Assembly: GCA_963719425.1 (NCBI GenBank)
Contig: OY970382.1
Coordinates: 244,862 to 308,861, forward strand
Source of the DNA: an uncultured bacterium
GTDB lineage: Bacteria > Patescibacteriota > Minisyncoccia > UBA6257 > 2-01-FULL-56-20
Direction: 5' to 3'
DNA: 64,000 nucleotides
Both the position numbers and the translations under genes were made by a program. The notes under the pieces are model-generated. The model ran no database searches. It worked only from the letters and a program-made list of their open reading frames with translations, and was not told where the DNA came from. Shown piece by piece: positions 29,267 to 38,631 of the stretch. Each line of letters opens with the position of its first letter. Positions within the stretch are counted from its first letter, which is position 1.

Positions 29267-30745
29267 ATGCCAAGAGCGGGAAAAATACAGATCATCAGAT
29301 ACGCGCCGCCGCCGCCGGAGCTGCCAATCTACGGGCAAGTGGATCCGGCGGAGGTTTCTTTCATCGGCCGCACGAACTATGTAGCGCAGCTTGAGGAGAA
29401 GAAATTTGTCTTTGGCATCAAGCGCCACGACCGGCGCCGGCATCTCTACATCGTGGGAAAAAGCGGCGTGGGGAAATCCAAGTTGCTTGAACTCCTCATC
29501 CGGCAGGATGTTGCGTACGGTCACGGGATGTGCATTATGGACCCGCACGGGGATGTGATAGACGCCGTCCTCGATTTCATTCCGGAGAATCGGATTAACG
29601 ACGTCGTGATCATTGATCCGACCGATATGAGCTATCCATCGTCCTTCAATCCTTTGCAGAACGTGGATCCCAGTTTCAAACACCAACTTGCGCAGGGATT
29701 GATCGAGGTGATGGAGAAGCAGTTCGGCGCGAACTGGACACCGCGCCTGGAGCATGTGTTCCGCTTCAGCGTCCTCGCACTCCTTGATTATCCGCATGCA
29801 ACGATGCGCGGGATGATTTCCATGCTCACGGACAGGAACTATCGACAGAAGGTGGTGGAATACATAGAGGACGACATGGTGAAGCGCTTCTGGGCCATTG
29901 AGTTCGCCGACTGGTCGGAAAAATTTGATACGGACGCGATCATCCCGCTCGTGAATAAGCTCGGCCAGTTCCTTTCCGACCCGCTTCTGCGGAACATCTT
30001 CGGCCAGAAAGAGAACAAGATCAATCTGGAAGAATTGATGGAGCAGAAAAAACTGATCTTCATCAATCTTTCCAAGGGTCGCCTCGGGGAAGAAAATTCA
30101 AGCTTCTTGGGCGCAATGTTCATTACGAAGATCAAGCAGGCCGGCATGGCACGCGCATCCATTCCCGAAAAGGACCGGCACGATTTTTATCTCTATGTGG
30201 ACGAGTTCCACAATCTCGTTACGGAAACCTTTGAGAACATTCTTACCGAAGCGCGGAAGTACGCATTGTGCCTTACGATAGCGCATCAATATATGGGCCA
30301 GCTTATCCAGCGCGTGCAGGCGGCAGTACTCGGGAACGTAGGAAGCATCATCATCTTCCGCATCGGCGGCGAGGATGCGGTCCACTTGAAGCCCGAAATG
30401 GCACCGATCTTTGACGTGAAAGACATGATCAACCTCGGCATGCAGGAATTTTTCATCAAAATGATGATTGACGGTGAAAGCTACGATCCTTTCTCTGCCG
30501 AAACACTCAAAGTGCTTCCGCCGCCGCACCGCTCGTTCCGAAAGGAAATCGTGGAACAGTCCCGGAAGAAGTACACCATCCCCGCCGACGCCGCGAAGAA
30601 ACTTATTCAAGAAGAAGAGGCCACCATCCTCCGGAGCGCTCAGGAAAAAGCCATTATTGAAGGCAAGCCGAGAGGCGGCGCGGGAGGCGGGGCGGGTGCC
30701 GCAAAAGAAGAGGCAGTAGACAAGACCCCCGAGCCTTTGATATAA
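29267..30745 (+). CDS. VirD4/TraG/TrwB-like (FtsK-HerA superfamily) ATPase, copy A
   Basis: RRRHLYIVGKSGVGKS, DPHGD, LYVDEFHN, TEARKY, AHQY, LGNVGS; start MPRAG 6 nt after TATAAC. Confidence 0.9.
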   Translation: MPRAGKIQIIRYAPPPPELPIYGQVDPAEVSFIGRTNYVAQLEEKKFVFGIKRHDRRRHLYIVGKSGVGKSKLLELLIRQDVAYGHGMCIMDPHGDVIDAVLDFIPENRINDVVIIDPTDMSYPSSFNPLQNVDPSFKHQLAQGLIEVMEKQFGANWTPRLEHVFRFSVLALLDYPHATMRGMISMLTDRNYRQKVVEYIEDDMVKRFWAIEFADWSEKFDTDAIIPLVNKLGQFLSDPLLRNIFGQKENKINLEELMEQKKLIFINLSKGRLGEENSSFLGAMFITKIKQAGMARASIPEKDRHDFYLYVDEFHNLVTETFENILTEARKYALCLTIAHQYMGQLIQRVQAAVLGNVGSIIIFRIGGEDAVHLKPEMAPIFDVKDMINLGMQEFFIKMMIDGESYDPFSAETLKVLPPPHRSFRKEIVEQSRKKYTIPADAAKKLIQEEEATILRSAQEKAIIEGKPRGGAGGGAGAAKEEAVDKTPEPLI

Positions 30746-30752
30746 TAATGTC

Positions 30753-30932
30753 ATGTTCGTGCACCCCGTTATTTTTGTCATTGGTGTTCTGTTCATCATT
30801 TACCTCGTTGCGGTCGATGTTCACATGCACCGGCGTGTCAAGCATTTGGAAAAGACCATGAGGAAGATGGAGGGCATGAACAGCGTGGAACATAAAAAGC
30901 CTCGCTGGGAGAATAAGGAGGATCTTTCATAG
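30753..30932 (+). CDS. Small single-pass membrane protein (59 aa; not in the ORF track)
   Basis: MFVHPVIFVIGVLFIIYLVAVDVHMHRRVKHLEK..EDLS*; TATAAT 6 nt before the ATG. Confidence 0.65.
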   Translation: MFVHPVIFVIGVLFIIYLVAVDVHMHRRVKHLEKTMRKMEGMNSVEHKKPRWENKEDLS

Positions 30933-30972
30933 CGCGACCAGCACCTCGCATTAAAAAAACATTAAAAACTAT

Positions 30973-31000
30973 TTGACGCGGGATGTGGCGTTGCTATAAT
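30973..31000 (+). promoter_or_regulatory. Near-consensus promoter firing into the 3' end of the PemK gene
   Basis: TTGACG (30973-30978), 16 nt, TGc-TATAAT (30995-31000). Confidence 0.65.
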
Positions 31001-31005
31001 TAAGG

Positions 31006-31063
31006 AAATCTTTGGGATTACCCACCGATCCCCGCCTCACGAGAGGCGGGGTGAAGATTTTTT
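31006..31063 (+). ncRNA. Candidate antisense sRNA to the PemK/MazF toxin 3' end
   Basis: AAAUCUU/AAGAUUU closing stem, UGGG-AUUA-CCCA hairpin over the toxin stop codon, ccccgcctc-acga-gaggcgggg stem, U6 tract. Confidence 0.45.
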
Positions 31064-31461
31064 GGGGGATTATAAAACGCAAGAAAGGCCTCAATTATCT
31101 CCCGAAAGTTGCCGGCGCTCAACATGCCGATCTTTTTGATAAGACGTTTCGCGTCCAAAACCCTGACTTGGTTAAGAATCGCCATACGTTTCTTCTCGCC
31201 GTGTGCGACAGGAACATACCAGTTGCCAGTTTTTTGTTGCGTGGTGAGCGGGATGCCAAAAAAGGAATCGGCACTGAATTTTTTGAATATGATGACTGGA
31301 CGCGCGAACCGCTCGCCTTTGCCGTAAATCTCCACGCCGATATTCATCCCGATGCTGCACCACCAGATTTCGCCTTCCTTGAAAAGCGTTTTTGGTTTGG
31401 CGGTTTGCAGTATGACCGCTGTCCGCCACCAGCCAAGCAGCGCGGGAAAATATTTCAGCAT
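31018..31461 (-). CDS. PemK/MazF family toxin (no adjacent antitoxin ORF)
   Basis: EGEIWWCSIGMNIGVEIYGKG..RPVII..GIPLTT..LNQVRVLDAKRL. Confidence 0.88.
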   Translation of the reverse strand: MLKYFPALLGWWRTAVILQTAKPKTLFKEGEIWWCSIGMNIGVEIYGKGERFARPVIIFKKFSADSFFGIPLTTQQKTGNWYVPVAHGEKKRMAILNQVRVLDAKRLIKKIGMLSAGNFREIIEAFLAFYNPPKNLHPASREAGIGG

Positions 31462-31533
31462 ATCGCCACCCTATCACATCACCCGTTAAAACTTTGTTAA
31501 ATGTCCGACCCACAACGGTGTTATACTGTTTCT

Positions 31534-33318
31534 ATGGCGGGCGAGACCAGAATTTGCCAAAACTGCAAGCAATCGTTCACGATTGAAGTCGAAGACTTTG
31601 ATTTCTATAAGCGAGTCGCCGTCCCGCCGCCGACCTTCTGCCCAGAGTGCCGAGCACAAAGAAGGATGCTGTGGCGAAACGAACGCGCCCTATATAAGAG
31701 AGCCTGCAACGCTCCCGGCCATACCGAAATGCTCATTGCGAACATTTCTGCCCAAACCCCAACGCCGGTGTACGATCAAGATTACTGGTGGTCAGATAAC
31801 TGGGATCCTCTTTCCTATGGCAGAGAATACGATTTCAGCAAACCTTTCTTTAATCAGTTGAAAGATCTTTTCCGCGTTTTCCCGCTTCCCAATGTAGTTA
31901 ACCTGGAATCGGTGAACAGCGACTATTGCAATTTCACCTATCAGTGCAAAAATTGCTATCTTGCCTTCGCGAGCAATCTCAACGAAGATAGTGCCTATCT
32001 TTGCCATGCGGAAAGCTGCAAAAGCTCCTTTGATCTTCTCGGCTGCAATTCGGATCAGTTTTGTTACGAATCCATTCATTCTCATAATTCGTACCAATCC
32101 GCATATTTGTTCTACTCCAACGGCTGCATACATTGCCGCTTTCTCTATAACTGTCGGAACTGCCACGATTGCTTTGGCTGTGTGAATTTGAGGAATGCGG
32201 AATATCAGATCTTCAATACGCAATACTCAAGAGACGAGTACGAGAGGAAGGTCAAAGAATTGGATTTGGGCAATTACTACACTAAGGAGGGCGTAGCGGC
32301 GCGATTCGGGAATCACATAAAGGCCTATCCCAAAAAGTACGCGACGGCCGTTCAAACCGTCGGGAGCACAGGGGACTACATTAGCCAACTAAAAAACTCT
32401 CATTTTTGCTTTGACTGCGAAGGTCCTCTTGAGGATTCAAAATATCTCATTTACGGTGTGCCGAATGCTAAGGATTGTTTTGACGGATATGGGATCGGGG
32501 AGGGAGCGGAACTCATTTATGACACGACTGTCGCCGGTGCATCTGCCAGCAGATCGCTCTTCTCCTTTGCGGCGGTCGGTGGTCGTTCCCATCAATATTC
32601 GTACTTTTGCCGCGGGTGCTCGAATATATTCGGCTGCATCGGCATCCGCAATAAGGAATATTGCATTCTCAATAGACAGTATAGTAAAGACCAGTATCTC
32701 GCATTGCTTCCGAAAATAATTGACCACATGAACGCGATACCTTACGTTGACGCGAAGGGCCGAACCTACGCGTACGGCGAGTTTTTCCCTTACGAGATAG
32801 GCCATTTTGCTTACAACGAAACAATCGCGCAGGAATATTTTCCACTGACGAAAGAGCAAGCTATATCTCAGGGCTACCGATGGTTGGATGTTGAAGAAAA
32901 GAGCCACGGAAAGACCAAGGATCCCGCCCATCTCCCCGCCCACACAAGAGACGTATCCGATGACATTCTCAAAGAAACGATCGGCTGTGCCCATGAGGGG
33001 AAGTGTGCCGAACAGTGCACTGTCGCCTTCAAGATAATCCCACAAGAACTTCAGTTTTACAAAGCGATGAATTTGCCATTGCCGCGCCTTTGCCATAATT
33101 GCCGCCACTACGAAAGATTGAAGCAACGCAACCCCTTCAAGCTTTGGGAAAGAGAGTGCAGCTGCAATGGCAGGGCGTCAAAAGATGGTATATATACCAA
33201 TGCCACTAACCATTTTCACAATGAGAATCGTTGTCCCAACACTTTTCAGACCTCCTATGCCCCGGACCGGCCGGAGATCGTCTACTGCGAACAGTGTTAC
33301 AACACGGAGGTAGCATAG
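31534..33318 (+). CDS. Cys-rich zinc-ribbon/solenoid protein, paralog 1
   Basis: CQNC..PPTFCPECR, two Cys-rich repeat regions ending FGC.(N/G).RN, YGEFFP..YNET.AQ, C-terminal PEIVYCEQCY; start MAGET 6 nt after TATACT. Confidence 0.9.
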   Translation: MAGETRICQNCKQSFTIEVEDFDFYKRVAVPPPTFCPECRAQRRMLWRNERALYKRACNAPGHTEMLIANISAQTPTPVYDQDYWWSDNWDPLSYGREYDFSKPFFNQLKDLFRVFPLPNVVNLESVNSDYCNFTYQCKNCYLAFASNLNEDSAYLCHAESCKSSFDLLGCNSDQFCYESIHSHNSYQSAYLFYSNGCIHCRFLYNCRNCHDCFGCVNLRNAEYQIFNTQYSRDEYERKVKELDLGNYYTKEGVAARFGNHIKAYPKKYATAVQTVGSTGDYISQLKNSHFCFDCEGPLEDSKYLIYGVPNAKDCFDGYGIGEGAELIYDTTVAGASASRSLFSFAAVGGRSHQYSYFCRGCSNIFGCIGIRNKEYCILNRQYSKDQYLALLPKIIDHMNAIPYVDAKGRTYAYGEFFPYEIGHFAYNETIAQEYFPLTKEQAISQGYRWLDVEEKSHGKTKDPAHLPAHTRDVSDDILKETIGCAHEGKCAEQCTVAFKIIPQELQFYKAMNLPLPRLCHNCRHYERLKQRNPFKLWERECSCNGRASKDGIYTNATNHFHNENRCPNTFQTSYAPDRPEIVYCEQCYNTEVA

Positions 33319-33341
33319 TAGCTCTGGAGTAAAATAAAGAC

Positions 33342-35126
33342 ATGACCGCCGAGACCAAGACCTGCCAGAACTGCAAGCATTCGTTTGTGATAGAGCAGGA
33401 GGATGTGAATTTTTATCAGAAGATGACTGTCCCGCCGCCGACGTTCTGTCCGCTCTGCCGCGCCCAGCGGCGGATGGCATGGCGCAACGAGCGGGCGCTC
33501 TTCAAGCGGAAAAGCGATTTTGCAGGGAAGGAGATCTTTTCCGCGTTTGCGCCGGACGCACCAGTCAAGGTTTATGAGAAAGAGGTGTGGCTTACTGACC
33601 AGTGGGATCCGATGACGTACGGGCGCGATTATGATTTTTCGCGGCCGTTCTTTGAGCAATTCAAGGAGTTGCTCTATACTGTCCCACTCAAAAACCTGAA
33701 TTTGGTCGGCGGCACAAACAGCGATTATTGCAACAACTTTACCGACGCGAAAAATTGCTACTTGATTTTCAATGGAAATTATTCGGAGGATTGCATGTAC
33801 GGGAACGGCTTTACTAATTCAAAGCATTGCTTTGACACCTCGCATGTTGCAAAGTGCGAGCGTTGTTACGGCAGCTTTTGGCTCACCGGATGTCACAATG
33901 TCGTTTATTCTTCGCAGTGCGAGAATTCCTACGACCTGGCGTTTTGCCGCGATTGTGTAGGGTGTAACAGTTGCTTTGGATGTGCGGGGCTTCGCAACAA
34001 GTCATACCGTATTTTTAATGCGCAATACTCAAAAGAGGATTATGTGAAAAAAATAAAGGAGTTTGATCTGGGGTCGTATGAGGTCGTAGAGCAGCTGAAG
34101 CGGAAGGCGGGCGAGTTTTGGAGCACTGTTCCGATCAAATACATTGAAGGATTGCAAAATACCAACGTTTCCGGCAACTACATTGACCACTCGCGGAATG
34201 TGAAGCAAAGTTTCTTGGTGCGCGAGAGTGAGAACATCCATTACAGCCAGTATGTGCATGAACTGCCGGGAAGCCGCGATGTATGGGATTACACCGCATG
34301 GGGCGATTCCAACGAGCTTGTGTATGAGTGTTCCGCTTGTGGCATCGGCACGCACAACATAAAGTTTTGCTATAACGCACAGGAGAACGTGCACAACATT
34401 GAGTATTCCTATATGTGCGCCGGCTCCTCAGACCTTTTTGCCTGCGTGGGATTGCGGAAAAAACAATACTGCGTTTTTAATAAGCAATATTCAAAAGAGG
34501 AGTATGGCGCGTTAGTAGCTAAGATAAAATCCCATATGGACGCGATGCCGTATGCGGACAAAAAGGGGAGAGTATATAAATATGGTGAATTCTTTCCGGT
34601 TGAGCTCTCGCCCTTCGCGTACAACGAGACGCTCGCCCAACAGTATTTTCCCCTTACAAAACAAGCGGTGGAGGCAGCGGGTTTCTTCTGGCGTGATCCC
34701 GCCGAACGCAGTCACACTGCAACCGTTGAGGCCGCGAACCTGCCCGAAAATATCAAGAACGTAAAGGACGATATCGCCACAGCAACGATTGGTTGCGCGC
34801 ACAAGGGTTCATGCAACGACCAGTGCACCATCGCGTTCCGTATCATTCCCGACGAACTGAACTTCTACCGTTCCATGGGTATTCCGCTGCCGCGCCTCTG
34901 TCCCAACTGCCGCTTTGAGGAACGTATAGCGCAGCGGACGAAGCTCGCGGTGTTTCCTCGCGATTGCGAGTGCGCGGGAATCGCATCTGATAACGGGAAA
35001 CACAAAAACGCCGGTAAACATTTTCACGGCGAGGGCCATTGCCCCAATAAATTTGAAACTTGTTATCCGCCGGAGAGACCGGAGATCGTCTACTGCGAGC
35101 AGTGCTATAATGCCGAGGTGGCATGA
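33342..35126 (+). CDS. Cys-rich zinc-ribbon/solenoid protein, paralog 2
   Basis: Same architecture; TAAAAT 6 nt before the ATG. Confidence 0.9.
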   Translation: MTAETKTCQNCKHSFVIEQEDVNFYQKMTVPPPTFCPLCRAQRRMAWRNERALFKRKSDFAGKEIFSAFAPDAPVKVYEKEVWLTDQWDPMTYGRDYDFSRPFFEQFKELLYTVPLKNLNLVGGTNSDYCNNFTDAKNCYLIFNGNYSEDCMYGNGFTNSKHCFDTSHVAKCERCYGSFWLTGCHNVVYSSQCENSYDLAFCRDCVGCNSCFGCAGLRNKSYRIFNAQYSKEDYVKKIKEFDLGSYEVVEQLKRKAGEFWSTVPIKYIEGLQNTNVSGNYIDHSRNVKQSFLVRESENIHYSQYVHELPGSRDVWDYTAWGDSNELVYECSACGIGTHNIKFCYNAQENVHNIEYSYMCAGSSDLFACVGLRKKQYCVFNKQYSKEEYGALVAKIKSHMDAMPYADKKGRVYKYGEFFPVELSPFAYNETLAQQYFPLTKQAVEAAGFFWRDPAERSHTATVEAANLPENIKNVKDDIATATIGCAHKGSCNDQCTIAFRIIPDELNFYRSMGIPLPRLCPNCRFEERIAQRTKLAVFPRDCECAGIASDNGKHKNAGKHFHGEGHCPNKFETCYPPERPEIVYCEQCYNAEVA

Positions 35127-36835
35127 CGACCGGAATCGAAACGCGCACGTGCCAGAATTGCAAGCAGGCGTTTGTCATTGATCCGGAGGACTTTCAGTTC
35201 TACGGGAAAGTTAGCGTCCCTCCGCCGACCTTTTGCCCGGACTGCCGTTTTCAACGGCGGCTTTTATTTTGGAATCCAATCTATCTTTACAAGCGGCCCT
35301 GCGATTTGTGTAAGAAGTTTAATGTGTCGGCGTATGCACCTGACGCGCCCTATACCGTGTATTGTCCTTTGTGTTGGTGGAGCGACAGCTGGGACCCATT
35401 GGAATACGGACGGGAGTACGATTTCAAACGCCCATTCTTTGAACAACTGAACGAGCTATGGCACACGGTGCCGTTGTGCGGCTTGTCTATGGATTTGCCG
35501 ACCGCGCGCTCCTCGCCCTATAATCACGACGCCGGCTATCTAAAAAATTGTTATCTCCTTTTTCATGCCGATACTTGCGAGGATTGTGCGTACGGTTACT
35601 TCTTGGACAAATCTCGAATGCTTTTTGATTGCACCGCCATGGAGCAGAGCGAGTACGGTTATGACTCCATGCACTCGTACAAAACAAACCGGTGTATCGG
35701 AACGCGGGACCAGCTCTCGGAATCGGTAGAGTGCCTCTTCTGCCGCGACTGCCAGGGCTGCCAGAGCTGTTTCGCCTCCGCGAACCTGAAGGGTCAGAAA
35801 TATTATGCGTGGAACAAGCCGCTTTCCAAACAAGAATATCTTACGGAAATCGGTAAGTATGATTTGGGATCCTACCGCGCCTATCAAGCGTTGCAGAAAA
35901 AAGCCGCGGAGCACTGGAAGACGCAGATACCCAAATCGGAATACAACGAGTTCGTGGAGAACTGCACCGGCTCAAATGTTTTCTTCTCCAGGAACGCCAA
36001 GGATTGCATTGAGGTGTACAACGTGGAGGATGGTCGGTATTGTTACCGCATGTTCGCGCCTACCAACAAGGATTGCTATGACGTTTCCATGTGGGGGAAG
36101 AATCTCTCGTTGACGTACGATAGCTGTGTGGTAGGAGAAGATTCCACACGGCTCCGGTTTTCCTATCAGTCCGGCATCAACCTTAGCGATGCTGAATATT
36201 GTCAACTGTCCACGGGTGGTTCCCACCATTTTGGCTGCGTTTCAATCAAGAAAGGGGAATATCGGATTTTCAACAGGGCATATTCCGCAAAGGAGTATGA
36301 GGCGCTAACGGGAAAAATCCGGAAGCATATGAATGAAATGCTGTATGCGGATGCGCGAGGTAACGTCTATCGCTATGGCGAGTTTTTCCCACCGGAGATG
36401 TCACCCTTCGCCTATAATGAAACGCTGGCGCAGAATTTCTTTCCGCTCACGAAGGAAAAAATCGCCGCAAAGAAATACGTGTGGCGAAATATTGAAGTGA
36501 AAGAAATGGAGGCAACCATGTCGTCAGCCGATTTGCCCGATCATATAAAAGATGTCCCTGACGACATTCTCCAGGAAACCATAAAGTGCGAAACGTGCAG
36601 CCGCTCGTATCGGATCGCTGAGATGGAACTGGCCTTCCTTCGGCAGATGAAGCTGTCCTTGCCGCGCCGCTGCCCTTTCTGCCGGGTAAACGAGAAATTG
36701 AACATTTGGGTGAAGGACAATGAACGCAACCGGCGCACGTGTGCCGATTGCGGCGTCGCGATGGAGTCAAAGTATCGGGAAGACGAAGCGCCGGAGGTAT
36801 ATTGCCGGAAGTGTTATTTGCAAAGGATAATGTAG
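35123..36835 (+). CDS. Cys-rich zinc-ribbon/solenoid protein, paralog 3
   Basis: Same architecture; ATGA overlap with paralog 2; uninterrupted C-terminal CADC-x17-CRKC. Confidence 0.9.
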   Translation: MTTGIETRTCQNCKQAFVIDPEDFQFYGKVSVPPPTFCPDCRFQRRLLFWNPIYLYKRPCDLCKKFNVSAYAPDAPYTVYCPLCWWSDSWDPLEYGREYDFKRPFFEQLNELWHTVPLCGLSMDLPTARSSPYNHDAGYLKNCYLLFHADTCEDCAYGYFLDKSRMLFDCTAMEQSEYGYDSMHSYKTNRCIGTRDQLSESVECLFCRDCQGCQSCFASANLKGQKYYAWNKPLSKQEYLTEIGKYDLGSYRAYQALQKKAAEHWKTQIPKSEYNEFVENCTGSNVFFSRNAKDCIEVYNVEDGRYCYRMFAPTNKDCYDVSMWGKNLSLTYDSCVVGEDSTRLRFSYQSGINLSDAEYCQLSTGGSHHFGCVSIKKGEYRIFNRAYSAKEYEALTGKIRKHMNEMLYADARGNVYRYGEFFPPEMSPFAYNETLAQNFFPLTKEKIAAKKYVWRNIEVKEMEATMSSADLPDHIKDVPDDILQETIKCETCSRSYRIAEMELAFLRQMKLSLPRRCPFCRVNEKLNIWVKDNERNRRTCADCGVAMESKYREDEAPEVYCRKCYLQRIM

Positions 36836-36881
36836 CCCACTTGGCAGCTTGTGAAAAGGAGTAAAATGGAGGGGTAAGGCC

Positions 36882-38624
36882 ATGGCTGCAGAGGCTAAAA
36901 CTGAAGCTGAGACCAAGGTCTGCGAGGCTTGCAAGGGAGAGTTCGCGGTTGAACCGGAGGACCTTGCGTTCTACGGGAAGTTCGGTGTGCAGGTGCCGAA
37001 GATGTGCCCGCGGTGCCGCGCGCGGCGGCGGATGGCGTTCCGGAACGAGCGCGTGTTCTACAAGCGTAAGTGCGACAAGTGCGGGCGCGAGGTGGTTTCC
37101 ATGTACAGTCCGGGGAAGCCGTATATGGTGTATTGCTATGAGTGCTGGTTCGCGGACGATTGGGATGCGTTGAGCTACGGGATGGAATACGATCCCGCGC
37201 GGCCGTTCATGGAACAGTTCCGCGAACTTTGGGAAAAGGTGCCGAAAGTCGCGCTGGTTTACATGCGGAGCGTGAACTCGGAATACGTGAACATCTCGGC
37301 GGACAACAAGGACTGCTACATGCTGGTGGAATCGTCCAACAACGAGGGGTGCATCAATTGTTATTGGGTTCAGCAGTGCCGTGATCTTGTGGATGTCTCG
37401 TTCTCGCATCAGACGGAGCTTTCCTATGAGTGCGACGATTGCTTCAATTGCTACGGACTGCAGTATGCGAAAGGTTGCCACGATTGCCGCAATGGTTATT
37501 TCTTGTTTGACTGCGTGGGATGCTCGGATTGCATCGGTTGCACGAACCTCCGCAGCAAGCAGTATCATATTTGGAACGAGCCGCACTCTAAAGAGGAATA
37601 TGAAGAGCTTCTCGCGGAGATGAAGCTTGATACGCACGCCGGGGTGGAGGCGGCGCACAGAAAGTTTGAGGAATTCTTGAAAACCCAGCCGCACAAGTTC
37701 GCGGAGATTATCAATGCGCCCGGTTCAACCGGCAATTACATCAAGAACGCCAAGAATTGCCGGCAGATTTTCCACTGCTACGACGCGGAGGATGCGAAAT
37801 ACGGCATCCACGTGTGGCGCGACGCAAAGGACTGCATGGATGTGGATACGGCGGGCCGTGGCGCCCGATTGATCTACAACTCCATCAATTCGGGCATTGA
37901 GGTTTCAAATTATGTCGCCTGTGCGCAGTGCTGGACGTGTTCGTTCATGGAATATTCCTATTATTGCTTCAACTGCAACCATTGCTTCGGCTGTGCCGGA
38001 CTTCGGAAGAAAGATCGCTGCATTCTGAACCACGAGTACGATAAGGCGTCGTATGAACGTTTGCGCGACGCCATCGTGTCCGAGATGAAAGCAAAAAGGG
38101 AGTACGGCGAGTTTTTCCCGATTGCGATTAGCGCGTTCGGTTACAACGAGAGTGCCGCACAGGAGCAGTTTCCACTCACGAAGGCGGAGGCGATTGCGCG
38201 CGGGTGCAAGTGGGAGGATACTCCGCGCGGCACGTATGGGAAGGGAACAATCGGATGGGACAAGGTTCCCGATACCTATGATGGGTTCAATCCGACCAAG
38301 CACGTTTTCACCTGCACGAATTGCAAAAGGAATTATCTTGTCATTCCCAACGAGGCCACGTTCTACAAGAAGCTCGCGATTCCCGTGCCGCGCCTATGCC
38401 CCGATTGCCGCCACGAACGCCGCTTTGCCGCCCGCGGCCCGAACCGTGTTTCGCGGCAGCACTGCGATTGCGCGGGCACGACGTCGGAGAACGGACGATA
38501 TCGCAACACGCGGGCCCATGCCCACGCAAACGCCCCATGCCCCAACGAGTTTTGGACAAGCTATGCTGCAAACGACGAGCGGATCGTCTACTGCGAGCAG
38601 TGCTACAATGCAGAGGTGGTGTAG
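36882..38624 (+). CDS. Cys-rich zinc-ribbon/solenoid protein, paralog 4
   Basis: Same architecture; C-terminal ERIVYCEQCYNAEVV. Confidence 0.9.
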   Translation: MAAEAKTEAETKVCEACKGEFAVEPEDLAFYGKFGVQVPKMCPRCRARRRMAFRNERVFYKRKCDKCGREVVSMYSPGKPYMVYCYECWFADDWDALSYGMEYDPARPFMEQFRELWEKVPKVALVYMRSVNSEYVNISADNKDCYMLVESSNNEGCINCYWVQQCRDLVDVSFSHQTELSYECDDCFNCYGLQYAKGCHDCRNGYFLFDCVGCSDCIGCTNLRSKQYHIWNEPHSKEEYEELLAEMKLDTHAGVEAAHRKFEEFLKTQPHKFAEIINAPGSTGNYIKNAKNCRQIFHCYDAEDAKYGIHVWRDAKDCMDVDTAGRGARLIYNSINSGIEVSNYVACAQCWTCSFMEYSYYCFNCNHCFGCAGLRKKDRCILNHEYDKASYERLRDAIVSEMKAKREYGEFFPIAISAFGYNESAAQEQFPLTKAEAIARGCKWEDTPRGTYGKGTIGWDKVPDTYDGFNPTKHVFTCTNCKRNYLVIPNEATFYKKLAIPVPRLCPDCRHERRFAARGPNRVSRQHCDCAGTTSENGRYRNTRAHAHANAPCPNEFWTSYAANDERIVYCEQCYNAEVV

Positions 38625-38631
38625 TTAAGAC

